Positions 25,026-36,317 of a stretch of DNA of 64,000 nucleotides are shown in pieces. The DNA is from Pirellulales bacterium (GTDB lineage Bacteria > Planctomycetota > Planctomycetia > Pirellulales > PALSA-1355). The notes beneath the pieces were generated by a model, which had not been told where the DNA came from, did no database searches, and saw nothing but the letters and a program-made list of their open reading frames with translations. Both the position numbers and the translations under genes were made by a program. The stretch is from contig CAVTBU010000006.1 in the NCBI GenBank assembly GCA_963733035.1, positions 160,001 to 224,000 of the forward strand, written 5' to 3'. Position 1 is the first letter of the stretch. Each line of letters begins with the position of its first letter.

Positions 25026-26991
25026 CTATGCCGGTTTTTCGGCCGCGGCTGAGGCCGACAATGCCGGTGGCGCATGGCCGTCGATCCATTGCCGGTGCCA
25101 CAGTTCGAACACGAGCAACCCCCACAAGCGATACCCGTGGTCGATTGCTCCGCTTTGGTGCTCGTCGAGCAGCTGCTCAACCGCCCCACGGCGGAAGTAG
25201 CCACGCGCGGCAGATTGCTGATCGAGGAGTACATCACGTGCATAGTCCTTGAGCTCGCCCCGAAACCACGCGGCCAGCGGCACGCCGAAGCCCATTTTGG
25301 GGCGCCGGGCGACCTCACGAGGCAACAGGTCGGGAAAGGCCCGTCGGAGAATCGCTTTTCCTCGCCCGCGATGGAATTTGTATCGCAACGGCATTCCGAT
25401 GGCCAGTTCGACCACCCGGGGGTCAAGCAGCGGTGCGCGGCACTCCAGGCCGTTGGCCATTGAAGCAATGTCCACTTTCGTCATCAGGTCGCACGGCAAA
25501 TAGGTTACCAGGTCGACCAAGCTGGCCGCCGTCACCGCATCGCGATGCCGCACGCGGTCGAAGGCATTGGCCAGGAATTCGAAGGGGTCGTGGTTCGGCA
25601 ACCGGCTCAGGAAATCCTCGCTATACAGTTCCGCCCGACGGGCTTCGTTGAACATCGAAACCCATTCGAAATAGCGACGTTGAGGTCCGAACTGGAGCGC
25701 CTCGCCAAAACGGGCCAATCGACGCAGCATGGATCGGGGCGGCTGCCTCTGACCGATACGCTGAAGTCGGCGACTGTCGAGCGCGAACTTCGACCAACCG
25801 GGCATGTGGTCGAGCCAGGCCGCCAGCCGCACCGCCCGATAGCGGTCGTAGCCGGCGAAGAGTTCATCGCCGCCGTCGCCGGTGAGCGCCACCGTGACAT
25901 ATTGGCGACTCAGTTTCGACACGTAGTATGTGGGAATGGCCGAACTATCAGCGAAGGGTTCGTCATAATGCCAGACGAGCTTGCCCAGCACTTCGACCGC
26001 GCTGGGTTCGACACGGAACTCGTGATGCTCGGTGCCCAAGCGGGCGGCCACGCGCCGGGCGTAGGCCGACTCGTCAAAGGCCTGTACCGGGAAACCGATG
26101 GAAAAGGTCTTTACCCGCTCGCGCGACAGCCGCTGCATGAGCCCCACGATTAACGACGAGTCGACGCCACCGGAAAGGAACGCGCCAAGCGGCACTTCGG
26201 CCTCGAGCCGCACTCGCACCGCCGAGGTGACGAGTTCGCGGAGCTCTTCGACGTAGTCGTCGAGCGGGCGATCAACCTGTCGGTCGAGGTCGGGATTCCA
26301 ATAGCGGTGCGTCGAGAGCCGGCCGTCGCAAAAGACCGCATGATGGCCGGGCGGCAGCTTGCAAAAGCCCTCAAAAATCGTGCGCGGGTGTGGTACGTAT
26401 TGGAGCGTTAGATACTCGTCGAGCGCCTGCGGATCGATTTTGCGCGCTAGCCCAGGTACTTCCAGCAAGCTCTTGAGCTCGCTGGCAAACAGCAGTCGAC
26501 CGGCATCGATGCGATAGTAAAGTGGCTTCTTGCCAAGTCGATCGCGCGAGGACGAGACGCCGTTGCCGCGAGTCCCAGATGGCCACGGCGAACATGCCGT
26601 TGAGGTGCGTGGCAAAATCGAGCCCCTCGTCCTCGTAGAGATGCACGATCACCTCGGTGTCGCTGCCAGTGCGGAAGCAATGGCCGGAGCCTTCCAGTCG
26701 CTTGCGAAGCTCGTGGTGGTTATAGATCTCGCCGTTGAAGACGATCCAGATCGAACCATCTTCGTTGGACATGGGTTGGTGACCGCCCGCCACGTCGATG
26801 ATCGACAAGCGGCGATGTCCGAGGGCGATGCCTGGCGTTTGACCCTGGGCGGAGTTGAGTTTCAGATCGCACGCGTAGCTACCGGCGTCGTCCGGCCCGC
26901 GATGCGCGAGCACGCCGGTCATGCGGCTAAGAACCTGGGCGTCAATTGCCGCCAGCGGGTCGGTCCAAATCGCTCCGGTGATGCCGCACAT
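25026..26991 (-). CDS. asnB: Asparagine synthase (glutamine-hydrolysing)-type amidotransferase (frameshift at ~26546)
   Basis: MCGITG, HRGPD, RRLSIID, NGEIYN; LA(R)DRLGKKPLYY across the shift; FLSGGVDSS, LTGDGGDELFAGY. Confidence 0.92.
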
Positions 26992-27053
26992 GCCAGGCCC
27001 AGCGAGACAGGGCCGCTCCAGCGCGACCCGAGGAAGTGTACTACACCATTATT

Positions 27054-28163
27054 TCACGCCAGCAACTGGCGGTACAGTTGCACATGTTTGGCGACCATTT
27101 TCTCCGCGCTGAAGTCCGTCAGAACTCGGTGGCGGCCGGCTGCGCCGAGCCGGCGGCGTAGCGCTGGATCCTCCATGATTTTGTAGGCATAACGCGCCAG
27201 TCCGGCCCGATCGCCCAGGGGTACGAGAAATCCACCTTGGTCGCGCGTCACCAAATCCCGTGTACCGGGGATATCGGTGGCTACAACAGGAACCTCCGAG
27301 ACCATGGCTTCCATGACGACATTCGGAAGTCCTTCGCAACTACTGGCCAGCCAGAGCAGGTCGAAATGCGGCATCAGGCGCATGACGTCGTTTCGCTGGC
27401 CGAGAAAATGAACTTTATCCTCGATCAGACAGTTGTCCCGAAATCGCTCCAGGTTTTCGCGCTGCGGTCCGTCGCCAATGATCAGCAGGTGCACGTCGTT
27501 GCGAATGACCTTAAGCAGGTCGGCCGCCCAGATCAGATCCTTGATCCGCTTTCGGTGGCACAGCCGGCCGACGGCGCCGATCAGCCGCGACCCGCGCGGC
27601 ACCCCCAATTCGTCGCACAACTGGCCGTGCGTGACGTTGCTGGGCGGCGGCGGGTTGATCCCATTTTCGATGAGGCGCAGTTTCGATACGGGCATGCCCT
27701 GCTGGCGATACAATTCCTCGACGCCGTGGCAATTGACGACGATGGCATCGGAATTCCGAGCCAGCCGGCGATCGATCGCCACGTGATGCCATGACTTCCA
27801 CGGGTCGACACAAAGTTCGCTGGCCACGAGGTGCCTTACTCCAGCCGCTCGGGCCGCCGTTCGGCCGTAGGTATTGGCCGTGAACTTCCAGCTGTGCACC
27901 AGATCGGGTTGCAAGCGAGCGATGTGCCGTCGCAGTTGCCACCAGGCAAGCGGATCGTACTTCCACTGTTTGCCAATCACGGTGAGGGGGATCTGGGCGG
28001 CGCGCAAGTCCTCGACAATCGGTCCGCCGCGCGTTAGCGCGCAAACGTGAACGTCGAACTCGTCGCGCGGCAGAGCCGCGGTAAGCAATGCGAGTTGTTT
28101 CTCAGCGCCGCCTCGTGCGAGAGTGGCGATGACGTGTAGAACGCGCCGCCTCATACCGGTCAC
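27054..28163 (-). CDS. Glycosyltransferase family 4
   Basis: GGAEKQL, VGRL, EGLPNVVMEAM GT-B motif. Confidence 0.92.
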   Translation of the reverse strand: MTGMRRRVLHVIATLARGGAEKQLALLTAALPRDEFDVHVCALTRGGPIVEDLRAAQIPLTVIGKQWKYDPLAWWQLRRHIARLQPDLVHSWKFTANTYGRTAARAAGVRHLVASELCVDPWKSWHHVAIDRRLARNSDAIVVNCHGVEELYRQQGMPVSKLRLIENGINPPPPSNVTHGQLCDELGVPRGSRLIGAVGRLCHRKRIKDLIWAADLLKVIRNDVHLLIIGDGPQRENLERFRDNCLIEDKVHFLGQRNDVMRLMPHFDLLWLASSCEGLPNVVMEAMVSEVPVVATDIPGTRDLVTRDQGGFLVPLGDRAGLARYAYKIMEDPALRRRLGAAGRHRVLTDFSAEKMVAKHVQLYRQLLA

Positions 28164-28717
28164 TCCATCTTACCTTCGCCCGCCGCGGCCTGGGGGGCCG
28201 CCAGATCCGCGTCTTCGAGTTGGGCAAGATAGGGCAGGTTTCGATAGGCATCCTGATAGTCGAGACCGTAGCCGACGACAAAGGCGTCTGGAATATCGAA
28301 GGCGACGTGATCGGGCCGCATGGCAACTTCCTGACGTCCCTGCTTCACCAGCAGCACGGCCGAGCGGATCGATCTCGGCTCGAGCAATTTCAGTTGTTCG
28401 ACAAGCGCCGCCAACGTGCGGCCGGTATCGAAGATGTCGTCGACCAGCAGCACGTCGCGACGCTTGATCTCGGGGAGCATCGTGTCGTTGATCTGCAGCT
28501 GGCCGGGTCGGGTTGCTCCGCCGCGGTAACTGCGAGTTTGAATCACGCCCACTTGGAGAGGCATCGACAACTGCCGGATCAGATCGGCGACCAGCACCAG
28601 GCTGCCGGTCAACACACCCAGGATCGTGAGTGGTCGACCGTCGTAATAACTGTTGACCTCCTTGGCGAGCGCTTGGACGCCGATGCGGATTTCATCTTCG
28701 CTCAACAGCGGTTTCAC
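28160..28717 (-). CDS. hpt: Hypoxanthine phosphoribosyltransferase
   Basis: VLLVDDIFDTGRTL PRPP motif, FVVGYGLDY..YRNLP. Confidence 0.93.
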   Translation of the reverse strand: MKPLLSEDEIRIGVQALAKEVNSYYDGRPLTILGVLTGSLVLVADLIRQLSMPLQVGVIQTRSYRGGATRPGQLQINDTMLPEIKRRDVLLVDDIFDTGRTLAALVEQLKLLEPRSIRSAVLLVKQGRQEVAMRPDHVAFDIPDAFVVGYGLDYQDAYRNLPYLAQLEDADLAAPQAAAGEGKME

Positions 28718-28975
28718 AGTGACGACTTCCCCTCAAGGCTCGCGATTCAGTATCAAACGCGGCCCATTGTAAGACTCGGCATCGGCACCGAACAGGCGAG
28801 AAACGACGCGTTTACCTGCAATTGTCGAGCACCGGCCGATTCACGCCCTCGGACTGACCGTGTTGGCGGCAGCCCGATCGGCTGCCTATAATCGGGGACC
28901 GACGCGGTGGTTTTTCACCGGGGCTAACCGCCACGCGACCCCGAGCCCGAACGGGCTTACGAATCGGAGCGGCAC

Positions 28976-29425
28976 GTGCAAGCGAAATTAGTTGTCGTGG
29001 GTGGCGAAGACCCGGCGCGGCAGTTCGAGCTGCGCTTGCCGGCCGTCATCGGCCGCAGCCGCAGCACCGACGTGACACTGGGCAATCCGCTGATCAGCCG
29101 CCATCACTGCGAAGTATTCGAAGCCGACGGTCTCTTGATGCTTCGCGATCTCGGCTCGCTCAACGGTACGTATGTTGGCGAGACGCGCTTGTCCGCCGAA
29201 CCGATTGCTCTGGAGCCCGGCGGACAGTTTTCCATCGGGCCCATTACGCTCAAGGCCGAATACCAAACTCACGAAGTGCGGAAGAAGGACGCTGGCTGGC
29301 AATCGGGTGGTCCGACAGTCGATTCGCCGCTTTCGAGCGTGCGCGAAGGAGCCGTCGGCCCACGTCCGGATTCGGGCGATGCACCGCGGTGCGAGAGCAA
29401 GCGTCTGCCCGGCTCGAACGAATGA
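28976..29425 (+). CDS. FHA domain protein
   Basis: [23 protein letters not shown] signature. Confidence 0.88.
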   Translation: MQAKLVVVGGEDPARQFELRLPAVIGRSRSTDVTLGNPLISRHHCEVFEADGLLMLRDLGSLNGTYVGETRLSAEPIALEPGGQFSIGPITLKAEYQTHEVRKKDAGWQSGGPTVDSPLSSVREGAVGPRPDSGDAPRCESKRLPGSNE

Positions 29426-29469
29426 CTTGCTGCGCTCACTGGTGCTCTTGGCGGAAAGGATGCAAGGAC

Positions 29470-31482
29470 GTGCGGTTTATTCCAACTGTTCGCACTACCT
29501 CGACAGCAATTCTTTGCTGGTCGCTGATCTTTTCCACGGTGGTTTGCGCGGCCGAACCAGCGTCGGCGCCCCAGACCGCGGCCGAAAGTTCCACGCCGAA
29601 GCACACGAATCGGTTGGCGAAGGAAACAAGTCCCTATCTGCTGTTACATGCGCATAATCCAGTCGATTGGTATCCCTGGGGCGAAGAGGCACTGGCCCGA
29701 GCGAAGCGCGAGAAGAAGCCGATCTTCCTGTCGATCGGCTATTCAAGCTGTTATTGGTGCCATGTGATGGAACGCGAGTCGTTCATGGACGAAGAGATTG
29801 CTCGCAAGCTCAACGAGAACTTCGTGTGCATCAAAGTTGATCGCGAGGAGCGTCCGGACATCGATGAGATTTACATGCAGTCGTTGCATGTCTATCTGCA
29901 GCTGGTGGGCTCGAAGCAGGGGGGTGGCTGGCCGCTGTCGATGTTTTTGACGCCCGATGCCAAGCCGTTGATGGGTGGCACCTATTTTCCGCCGCACGAG
30001 AAGAACGGCATGCTCGGTTTTGGCACCGTGCTCGACCGTGTAAATGAGGCCTGGAACGCCGACCCCGAGAAATGGCAACGGACGGGCGATTCGCTGGCCG
30101 AATACGTGGCCGACAATCTTCGCCAGCGGCCCCTGTTGCGGGTGGTCAAATTCAACAAGGCGCTGCTCGACACGGTGCTGCGGGCAATGTCGGGGCAGTT
30201 CGACGACATTTATGGTGGGTTTGGTTTCGCGCCGACCAATCCGAAGCTGGCCAAATTTCCGGAACCGCCGAACCTGCGGTTTCTGATCGACTATGCCCGG
30301 CGAGCCAACGGTGGGCCGGCCGAGAAGATGCTTGCCCTGACGCTGGCGAAGATTTCTCAAGGAGGTATTCGAGATCACGTCGGGGGCGGATTTCACCGCT
30401 ACAGCACCGATCGCTACTGGCGCGTGCCGCATTTCGAAAAAATGCTCTACGACAACGGCCAGTTGCTTACCGTGTATGCACTGGCTTACGAGCTATCGCC
30501 GCGCGACGACTTTCGCCGCGTCGTCGAGGAAACGGTCGAGTTCGTGCTCCGCGAGATGACCGACGCCGGCGGTGCGTTTTACTCGGCCATTGATGCTGAA
30601 ACGAACGCCGAGGAAGGACGCTACTACGTCTGGGGTCGGGAGGAAGTCAAAAAGGTCCTGACGCCCGCTGAGTACGAACTGTGGGCGGCGGTGTACGGAA
30701 TTGTCGCCGAGCCGAACTTCGAGGGACACTATATTCCGTTGTTGGCAGCGCCGCTGGCCGCAACCGCCAAACAACGCAAGCTCTCCGAGGCCGAACTCGA
30801 CGCCAAGCTGCAGCCGATTCGAGCCAAGCTGCTCGTCGCGCGCAACGCTCGCCCTCGGCCGCTGACCGATACGAAGATCCTTACCGCCTGGAACGGCCTG
30901 ATGATCAGCGGGCTGGCCGAAGCGGGGCGGGTTCTCAAGCGGCCCGAATACGTCGCCGCGGCCGGTAAGGCGGCGGATTTCCTGCTCAACCACGCGCGTG
31001 ACGATGACGGTCGTCTAATGCGAACCTACGCGGCCGGAGCAGCCAAGATTCCCGCGTATCTGGATGACTATGCGTTCCTGGTTGACGGGCTGATCGCTTT
31101 GCACCGCGCGACTGGAGAGAATCGTTGGCTCGAAGCTGCTCGGAAGTTGACGGACGAACAGATCGATTTGTTCGCCGACGAGGCGGTCGGGGGCTTTTTC
31201 TTCACTTCCAAGCTGCACGACGAGCTCTTCGCCCGCAGCAAAGTGCCGACCGACACGGTGATGCCAGCGGGCAACTCGGTGTCGGCGAGCAACCTGCTGT
31301 ACCTGGCCGAGGCATTGGATCGGCCAGAGTATGATTCGGCTGCCGAAGGCTGCCTGCGAGCGGGGAGCCCGCTGCTCGACGAACATCCGGCCGCCGTACC
31401 GCAGCTGGCCGTGGCGCTCGCGCGTTGGCTCGAGCGGCATCCTGGCGATGGGGCGAAGCGGAACGAAAAGCCCGCCAAGTGA
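29470..31482 (+). CDS. YyaL/DUF255-type thioredoxin-domain protein with (alpha/alpha)6 barrel
   Basis: [48 protein letters not shown]; signal peptide after GTG 29470. Confidence 0.93.
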   Translation: MRFIPTVRTTSTAILCWSLIFSTVVCAAEPASAPQTAAESSTPKHTNRLAKETSPYLLLHAHNPVDWYPWGEEALARAKREKKPIFLSIGYSSCYWCHVMERESFMDEEIARKLNENFVCIKVDREERPDIDEIYMQSLHVYLQLVGSKQGGGWPLSMFLTPDAKPLMGGTYFPPHEKNGMLGFGTVLDRVNEAWNADPEKWQRTGDSLAEYVADNLRQRPLLRVVKFNKALLDTVLRAMSGQFDDIYGGFGFAPTNPKLAKFPEPPNLRFLIDYARRANGGPAEKMLALTLAKISQGGIRDHVGGGFHRYSTDRYWRVPHFEKMLYDNGQLLTVYALAYELSPRDDFRRVVEETVEFVLREMTDAGGAFYSAIDAETNAEEGRYYVWGREEVKKVLTPAEYELWAAVYGIVAEPNFEGHYIPLLAAPLAATAKQRKLSEAELDAKLQPIRAKLLVARNARPRPLTDTKILTAWNGLMISGLAEAGRVLKRPEYVAAAGKAADFLLNHARDDDGRLMRTYAAGAAKIPAYLDDYAFLVDGLIALHRATGENRWLEAARKLTDEQIDLFADEAVGGFFFTSKLHDELFARSKVPTDTVMPAGNSVSASNLLYLAEALDRPEYDSAAEGCLRAGSPLLDEHPAAVPQLAVALARWLERHPGDGAKRNEKPAK

Positions 31483-31504
31483 TGCCCGCAGGCAGATTTC
31501 CAGC

Positions 31505-31891
31505 ATGCTGCTTTTCAAGAAGAAGTTCCTGGAGGCAATTCGGGCCGGCGAAAAGACGCAGACGATTCGGCTTTGGAAACACCGCCGGATGAGAGCAGGG
31601 CAGCGAAGCTATATACCCGGCGCCGGATACATTCGCGTGCTCGCCGTCGAGCCCATCGACATCCAGCGATTGACCGACGACGACGCGCGACCGGATGGAT
31701 TCGCATCCGCCGAGTTGTTGCGCGCGGAGTTGCATGCTCTGTACGCAGAGCAGCTCGCCGCGGGAGATCGAGTTTATCGCGTCCGCTTCAAGCTGTTCTC
31801 GCCCGAGGAACAACTACGGGCGCGGGCTGAACGGCAGGCGGCCAAGCCATCGGTGGAACGGCGGCAAAAGAAACGCGCGAAGTCGTCGTGA
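31505..31891 (+). CDS. ASCH domain protein
   Basis: FLEAIRAGEKTQTIR (GxKxxxxR), LTDDDARPDGF. Confidence 0.82.
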   Translation: MLLFKKKFLEAIRAGEKTQTIRLWKHRRMRAGQRSYIPGAGYIRVLAVEPIDIQRLTDDDARPDGFASAELLRAELHALYAEQLAAGDRVYRVRFKLFSPEEQLRARAERQAAKPSVERRQKKRAKSS

Positions 31892-31896
31892 GATCG

Positions 31897-32547
31897 CTAC
31901 GGATGCAGCATCCGCTCGATCCCCTGGGCAATCGTTTGCGGATCGTCGACGACCCAAAAAGCGAGCCCGGCCAGCATCATGGCGCCTGTGAGCAGCATCC
32001 AGAAGCCGTGGGCCTGCACGGGCACGGTCGTTTCGCGCAGCGTTTCGCGCAGGCAGAATTCCAGCCGCCGCCAGCCGCCCAGACTTTGCTCGTCGCCAGT
32101 GGCCAACAGCGCCACGTTACCGAGCGGCGGGAAACTCTCGACGTGCAAGTGGACCCGTACCAGCGGCAGGCTGAGCGCCTTGCCGGCCCACACCGCTTCG
32201 GCGTCGATCCGGCGGGCCGCCTTGTCGAGGGCCAGGCGAAGTTCGTCCGCCGAGATGTTATAGGCGATCAGACGCGGCCGGCTGAGCATAATCAGCAGCG
32301 TCAGGCACAGAATGTAAAACCCCAACAGCAACAGCCACACAAATTCGCCGAAACGCACCGCTGCTTCCTGCGGCATGAAGAGTTGCATTGGGCCGACCAC
32401 GACCAGTCCCATCAGCGCCAGCCCCAGCGACAGGGATTCACGCGTGCCGCTGATGAGCAGCGGCCGGCGGGAGAGATTGATCGATCCCAGCAGTATCAGG
32501 TAGATGGCCAGCGGACCGAATGCCAGGCAGGCCGAGAATGTATCCAT
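31897..32547 (-). CDS. Hypothetical integral membrane protein
   Basis: MDTFSACLAFGPLAIY...; four hydrophobic segments; GGAGGGAG RBS. Confidence 0.8.
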   Translation of the reverse strand: MDTFSACLAFGPLAIYLILLGSINLSRRPLLISGTRESLSLGLALMGLVVVGPMQLFMPQEAAVRFGEFVWLLLLGFYILCLTLLIMLSRPRLIAYNISADELRLALDKAARRIDAEAVWAGKALSLPLVRVHLHVESFPPLGNVALLATGDEQSLGGWRRLEFCLRETLRETTVPVQAHGFWMLLTGAMMLAGLAFWVVDDPQTIAQGIERMLHP

Positions 32548-32573
32548 AAGGGCGCTCCCTCCGTCGCGGCGAA

Positions 32574-33591
32574 CTACTTCCGCGTGGCCCCCTTGAGCCA
32601 TTCCTGAATAACCCAACCAACTTTGGCCAGCGTCAGTGCCGAGCAATTGCTCGGTACGTCCGCTTCGGTGTGCCAATAGGGATAGTTGAAGTCGATCAGA
32701 TCGCAACAGGCGATGCCGCCAATGTCGTGCAACTTGATGTGGTCGTCCAGAATGTCGTAGCGGCGCTCGGTCGAGAACTCGCTGACGCCGAGGCGGCGGG
32801 CGGTGCCCCAGATTTGCTGGACGAGGGGTCGCGTGTCGGGCCAACTGAGGCTGTGGCGATCCGGGTAGAGCTGCAGATCGGCATCTCCCACCAGATCGAG
32901 CAGCACGCCCCAGCGGTACCGATGGTTTGGCTTTTGATTGGCATAGTCGGCAGCGAAGTACTCAGACCCGATAAAATACGGGTCCCCCTCCTGAAAGACG
33001 AACTCCTCCCCGTCAAAAAGAACGAAATCGACGCCCAGGTCGCCTGGCAACGCCGCCATTTGGTGTGCCAGCTCCATCAAGATTGCCGTGCCGCTGGCCC
33101 CGTCGTTGGCACCGACGAACGTGCCGCGCGGATTGCGGCGATCGCGGTCGGGATAGGGGCGCGTATCGTAGTGCGCAGAGGAGAATCCGCTCGCGGCGTT
33201 CGGGATGCCACTCGACGATCAGGTTGGCCATCGACACCGGCTCGCCCGTATGTGGATGCCTGACGCGAAACTCCTGGCGGCGGACGTTGGCTCCCAGCTT
33301 TTCGAAGTGATCGGTGAGGTGTTTTTGCTGTTCGCTCATCGCGGCCGAACCGCTGGGGCGCGGCCCCAGGGCGCACAACGACTGCAGGTATTGGTAGGCC
33401 CGCTCTCCGTTGAAGGGAATTTGCGAGAGCGTCAGCCGGCTCTTGATGGCAGCGGTGGGTGCCTCGGAACGGCCGTCATAGAACAGCACCACGTAGCCCA
33501 ACAGCAATATGCTGCCGGCAATCACCGCGCCCAGTAACAAGTTTTGGCCGCTGCGCTTGCTGGAAACGACATGGGCAGTGGTCGTGGTCAT
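32574..33591 (-). CDS. M28 family peptidase / glutaminyl cyclase-like (frameshift at ~33174)
   Basis: LGPRPSGS, ILLC(A)HYDTR across the shift, GANDGASG, FDGEE, LLDLVG, DDH, YWHT. Confidence 0.9.
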
Positions 33592-33650
33592 GATCTTATT
33601 CTAGGCCGCCGGCGTCGACGGGCCTAGATCAACGCCCGGGCGAAGCGTTC

Positions 33651-33679
33651 TTGTGAGCTTGCGCCCCGAGCGATAGAAT
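33651..33679 (+). promoter_or_regulatory. Putative sigma70 promoter of the DUF4254 gene
   Basis: TTGTGA-17 nt-TAGAAT. Confidence 0.45.
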
Positions 33680-33736
33680 CGCGGCACTCGTCATTTTCAG
33701 AGAATTCTTGACGCCTTTCACCGCGATTTTGCCACC

Positions 33737-34339
33737 ATGATCAACGTCCAGGAAATCACCGAGTTGCAGGCTCAGACCGTCGCTTTGTGGCACACGCAGG
33801 AGGTGGCCAATCCATATACGGGATTGTTGCAATTGGTCTGCCAGCAACACGCTTACAACTACCTGTTGTGGCACGAGGAAGACATCGCTCGCAGCCCCGA
33901 CGTGGGAGACGTCCGAATCGCGCAGGTGAAGCGGGCCATCGACGGCTACAACCAGCAGCGCAACGACGGCATCGAGCGGCTGGATGCCCATTTCTTGCAG
34001 ATGCTCGCGGATCAGAAGATCGAGCCCCAGAGCGGAGCACGGCAGAATACCGAGACGCCGGGAAGCGCCATCGACCGGCTGTCGATTCTGTCGCTCCGGC
34101 GTTATCACATGCAGGAGCAAGCCGATCGCACCGACGCGAGTGACGAGCATCGTCAGAAGGCGCGTCAGCGGCTGACCGTGATCGACGAACAACATCGAGA
34201 TCTGTCGCGGTCGCTGTCCGAACTGTTGGAAGACATCTTTGCCGGGCGCAAGCGGCTGAAGGTTTACTTTCAATTCAAGATGTACAACGACCCGAGCATG
34301 AATCCCTATCTATATGCCAAAGGGGAGACGAAACCTTAG
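33737..34339 (+). CDS. DUF4254 domain protein
   Basis: LWHEEDIAR, KRAIDGYNQQRND, NTETPGSAIDRLSIL, KVYFQFKMYNDP. Confidence 0.88.
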   Translation: MINVQEITELQAQTVALWHTQEVANPYTGLLQLVCQQHAYNYLLWHEEDIARSPDVGDVRIAQVKRAIDGYNQQRNDGIERLDAHFLQMLADQKIEPQSGARQNTETPGSAIDRLSILSLRRYHMQEQADRTDASDEHRQKARQRLTVIDEQHRDLSRSLSELLEDIFAGRKRLKVYFQFKMYNDPSMNPYLYAKGETKP

Positions 34340-35397
34340 GCCGTCCGTCGGATTGCCGCCTGGCGGCCTAGAATCTGATCGCAGGCGGCGCAGCAGTCCT
34401 CGATCGAGATGGCTTCCATCGATTCGGGTCCGGCGCCGCGGCGCTCGCGGCTGGTGCCCGTCAGGCACATTTTTTGGACCGGAACGTGCAGCGGACCATA
34501 AGGTCCGTTGCGCTCGGCGGGCATGGGACCGAACATACCGACGCTCGGCGTGTCGACGGCCACGGCCAGGTGTAGCGGGCCCGTGTCCGAGCCGACGAAG
34601 AGCGACGCCCGGCGCGTGATGGCCGCCAGCTCGCGCAGCGAAGTCTTGGGAGCGAGAATTCCAAAGCCGGCCGAACCGGCCACGATTTCCTCGGCCCAGG
34701 CGTGTTCTTGGTTGCCGGCCCAGACGACGAGCGAACGCATCGCGTAGCGCTCGCCGAGGTAGCGAGCCACGGCTCCGTAGCGCTCGGCAGGCCAAACTTT
34801 TGAAGGCCAACCGGCCCCGGGATTGATGACGGCGAAACGCGGCTGCAGTTGGAGCGCGGCAATGACCTCCCGGGCCTTGGCCAGATCCGGCGGCGTGTCG
34901 TCGAGATCAAAGCGCACGCGAGGTTTCGAGATACCCAATGGCGCGAGCAGTTCCAGATTGCGGTCGACAACGTGTGTGCCGGCCGGCTCGACTAGTTTGT
35001 TGTTGAGTACGCGGCTCAATTCGCGTCCGTCGTGTCCGTCGTATCCGATGCGCAACGGAGCACCAGAAAGTCGGGCGGCCACGGCGCTCTTCGTGAGGCC
35101 CTGTAAGTCGATGGCGACGTCGAAGCGCAGCGTTCGCAGTTGCCGCCTGAGGCCGAGAACCGTGCGAGGAGATTTGAGCCACTTGCGCGGCACCGATATC
35201 AACTCGTCGAGCGCTCGGTGGTGTCGCAAGAGCTGCGCGGAAACGCCTTCAACGACCCAGCCAATGAAGGCTTGGGGGAGCGCTTCGCGGAGGGCGCATA
35301 GCACCGGCAGGCCGTGCAGCACGTCACCGATAGCACTCAAACGGACGATCAGAATTCGTGGATGCGGTTTTGGCGGCAAGGCGGATTGATGCGGCAC
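34336..35397 (-). CDS. Glycosyltransferase family 9 (LPS heptosyltransferase-like)
   Basis: RILIVRLSAIGDV, DLQGLTKS, NPGAGWPSKVW, GSDTGPLHLA; start approximate (GTG). Confidence 0.92.
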   Translation of the reverse strand: MPHQSALPPKPHPRILIVRLSAIGDVLHGLPVLCALREALPQAFIGWVVEGVSAQLLRHHRALDELISVPRKWLKSPRTVLGLRRQLRTLRFDVAIDLQGLTKSAVAARLSGAPLRIGYDGHDGRELSRVLNNKLVEPAGTHVVDRNLELLAPLGISKPRVRFDLDDTPPDLAKAREVIAALQLQPRFAVINPGAGWPSKVWPAERYGAVARYLGERYAMRSLVVWAGNQEHAWAEEIVAGSAGFGILAPKTSLRELAAITRRASLFVGSDTGPLHLAVAVDTPSVGMFGPMPAERNGPYGPLHVPVQKMCLTGTSRERRGAGPESMEAISIEDCCAACDQILGRQAAIRRTA

Positions 35398-35477
35398 GGT
35401 CGATCGACCCGAATGAGAAAGTGGACAAAACTGAGTTTGGGATCTTAGCGGCACCCTACCGCCGGCCCCAATAGCGA

Positions 35478-36281
35478 TTAGGCCCGCGGCAGCACGCTTC
35501 GGGCGGAGATCCAATCGACCAGTTTCGGCGCCAGCAACTGGCCCCAGCGAGCCCAGGCCGAGCGTTCGGAGGTCAGCACCAGCCGCTTGCGGCGCTGCAT
35601 GCCACGTACGATTTGCCGGGCGCATTTTTCGGCAGTGAGCAATTTTCGCTGGTCGAGTGGACTGCTATTGAGGGGCCGTCCTGCCGCGTCGACGGCGCGC
35701 TTGAGGATCTCCGACTGCACGAAGTCGGGTGCGATGATCGTGACGCCAACGCCACTCGTGGACAGTTCAATTCGTAGCGACTCGAAGAATCCGACGACAG
35801 CGTGCTTGCTAGCGGAGTAACCGCTAAGCATTGGCACGCCGATCAATCCGGAGATGCTGGCCATCGCCACGATCAGGCCCCTCGATTGCTTGAGGTGGGG
35901 CAGGGCTGCGTGCGTGCAGGCGACACCCCCCAGATAGTTGACCCGAATGAGTTGATCGATGACGCCGATGTCTGTCAGTTCATCAAACCGCGACCACATC
36001 GCGGCGCCGGCGTTATTAATCAGCACGTCGATGGCGCCGAACTTGTCGACGGCTGCCGCGACCATCGCCCCGCATTGCCGGGGATCGGTGACATCCGTCG
36101 GCACAACGTGCACTTGCGCTCCCCGCTGCCGGCAATTCACGGCCGCCTGTTCGAGCCGAGACGCATCTCGGGCGGCCAGCACCAGGCGCGGATTCTGTGG
36201 TGCAAGTTCCACGGCGAGCGCTCGACCAATGCCGCTCGACGCGCCCGTGATCACGATTACTCGGTCGGCAAACGCCGCCAT
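35478..36281 (-). CDS. Short-chain dehydrogenase/reductase
   Basis: TGASSGIG, NNAG, YSASK catalytic motif. Confidence 0.93.
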   Translation of the reverse strand: MAAFADRVIVITGASSGIGRALAVELAPQNPRLVLAARDASRLEQAAVNCRQRGAQVHVVPTDVTDPRQCGAMVAAAVDKFGAIDVLINNAGAAMWSRFDELTDIGVIDQLIRVNYLGGVACTHAALPHLKQSRGLIVAMASISGLIGVPMLSGYSASKHAVVGFFESLRIELSTSGVGVTIIAPDFVQSEILKRAVDAAGRPLNSSPLDQRKLLTAEKCARQIVRGMQRRKRLVLTSERSAWARWGQLLAPKLVDWISARSVLPRA

Positions 36282-36317
36282 GCGCCGGTCATCCCTGAGA
36301 CGCCAAGTGTTTTGGTT

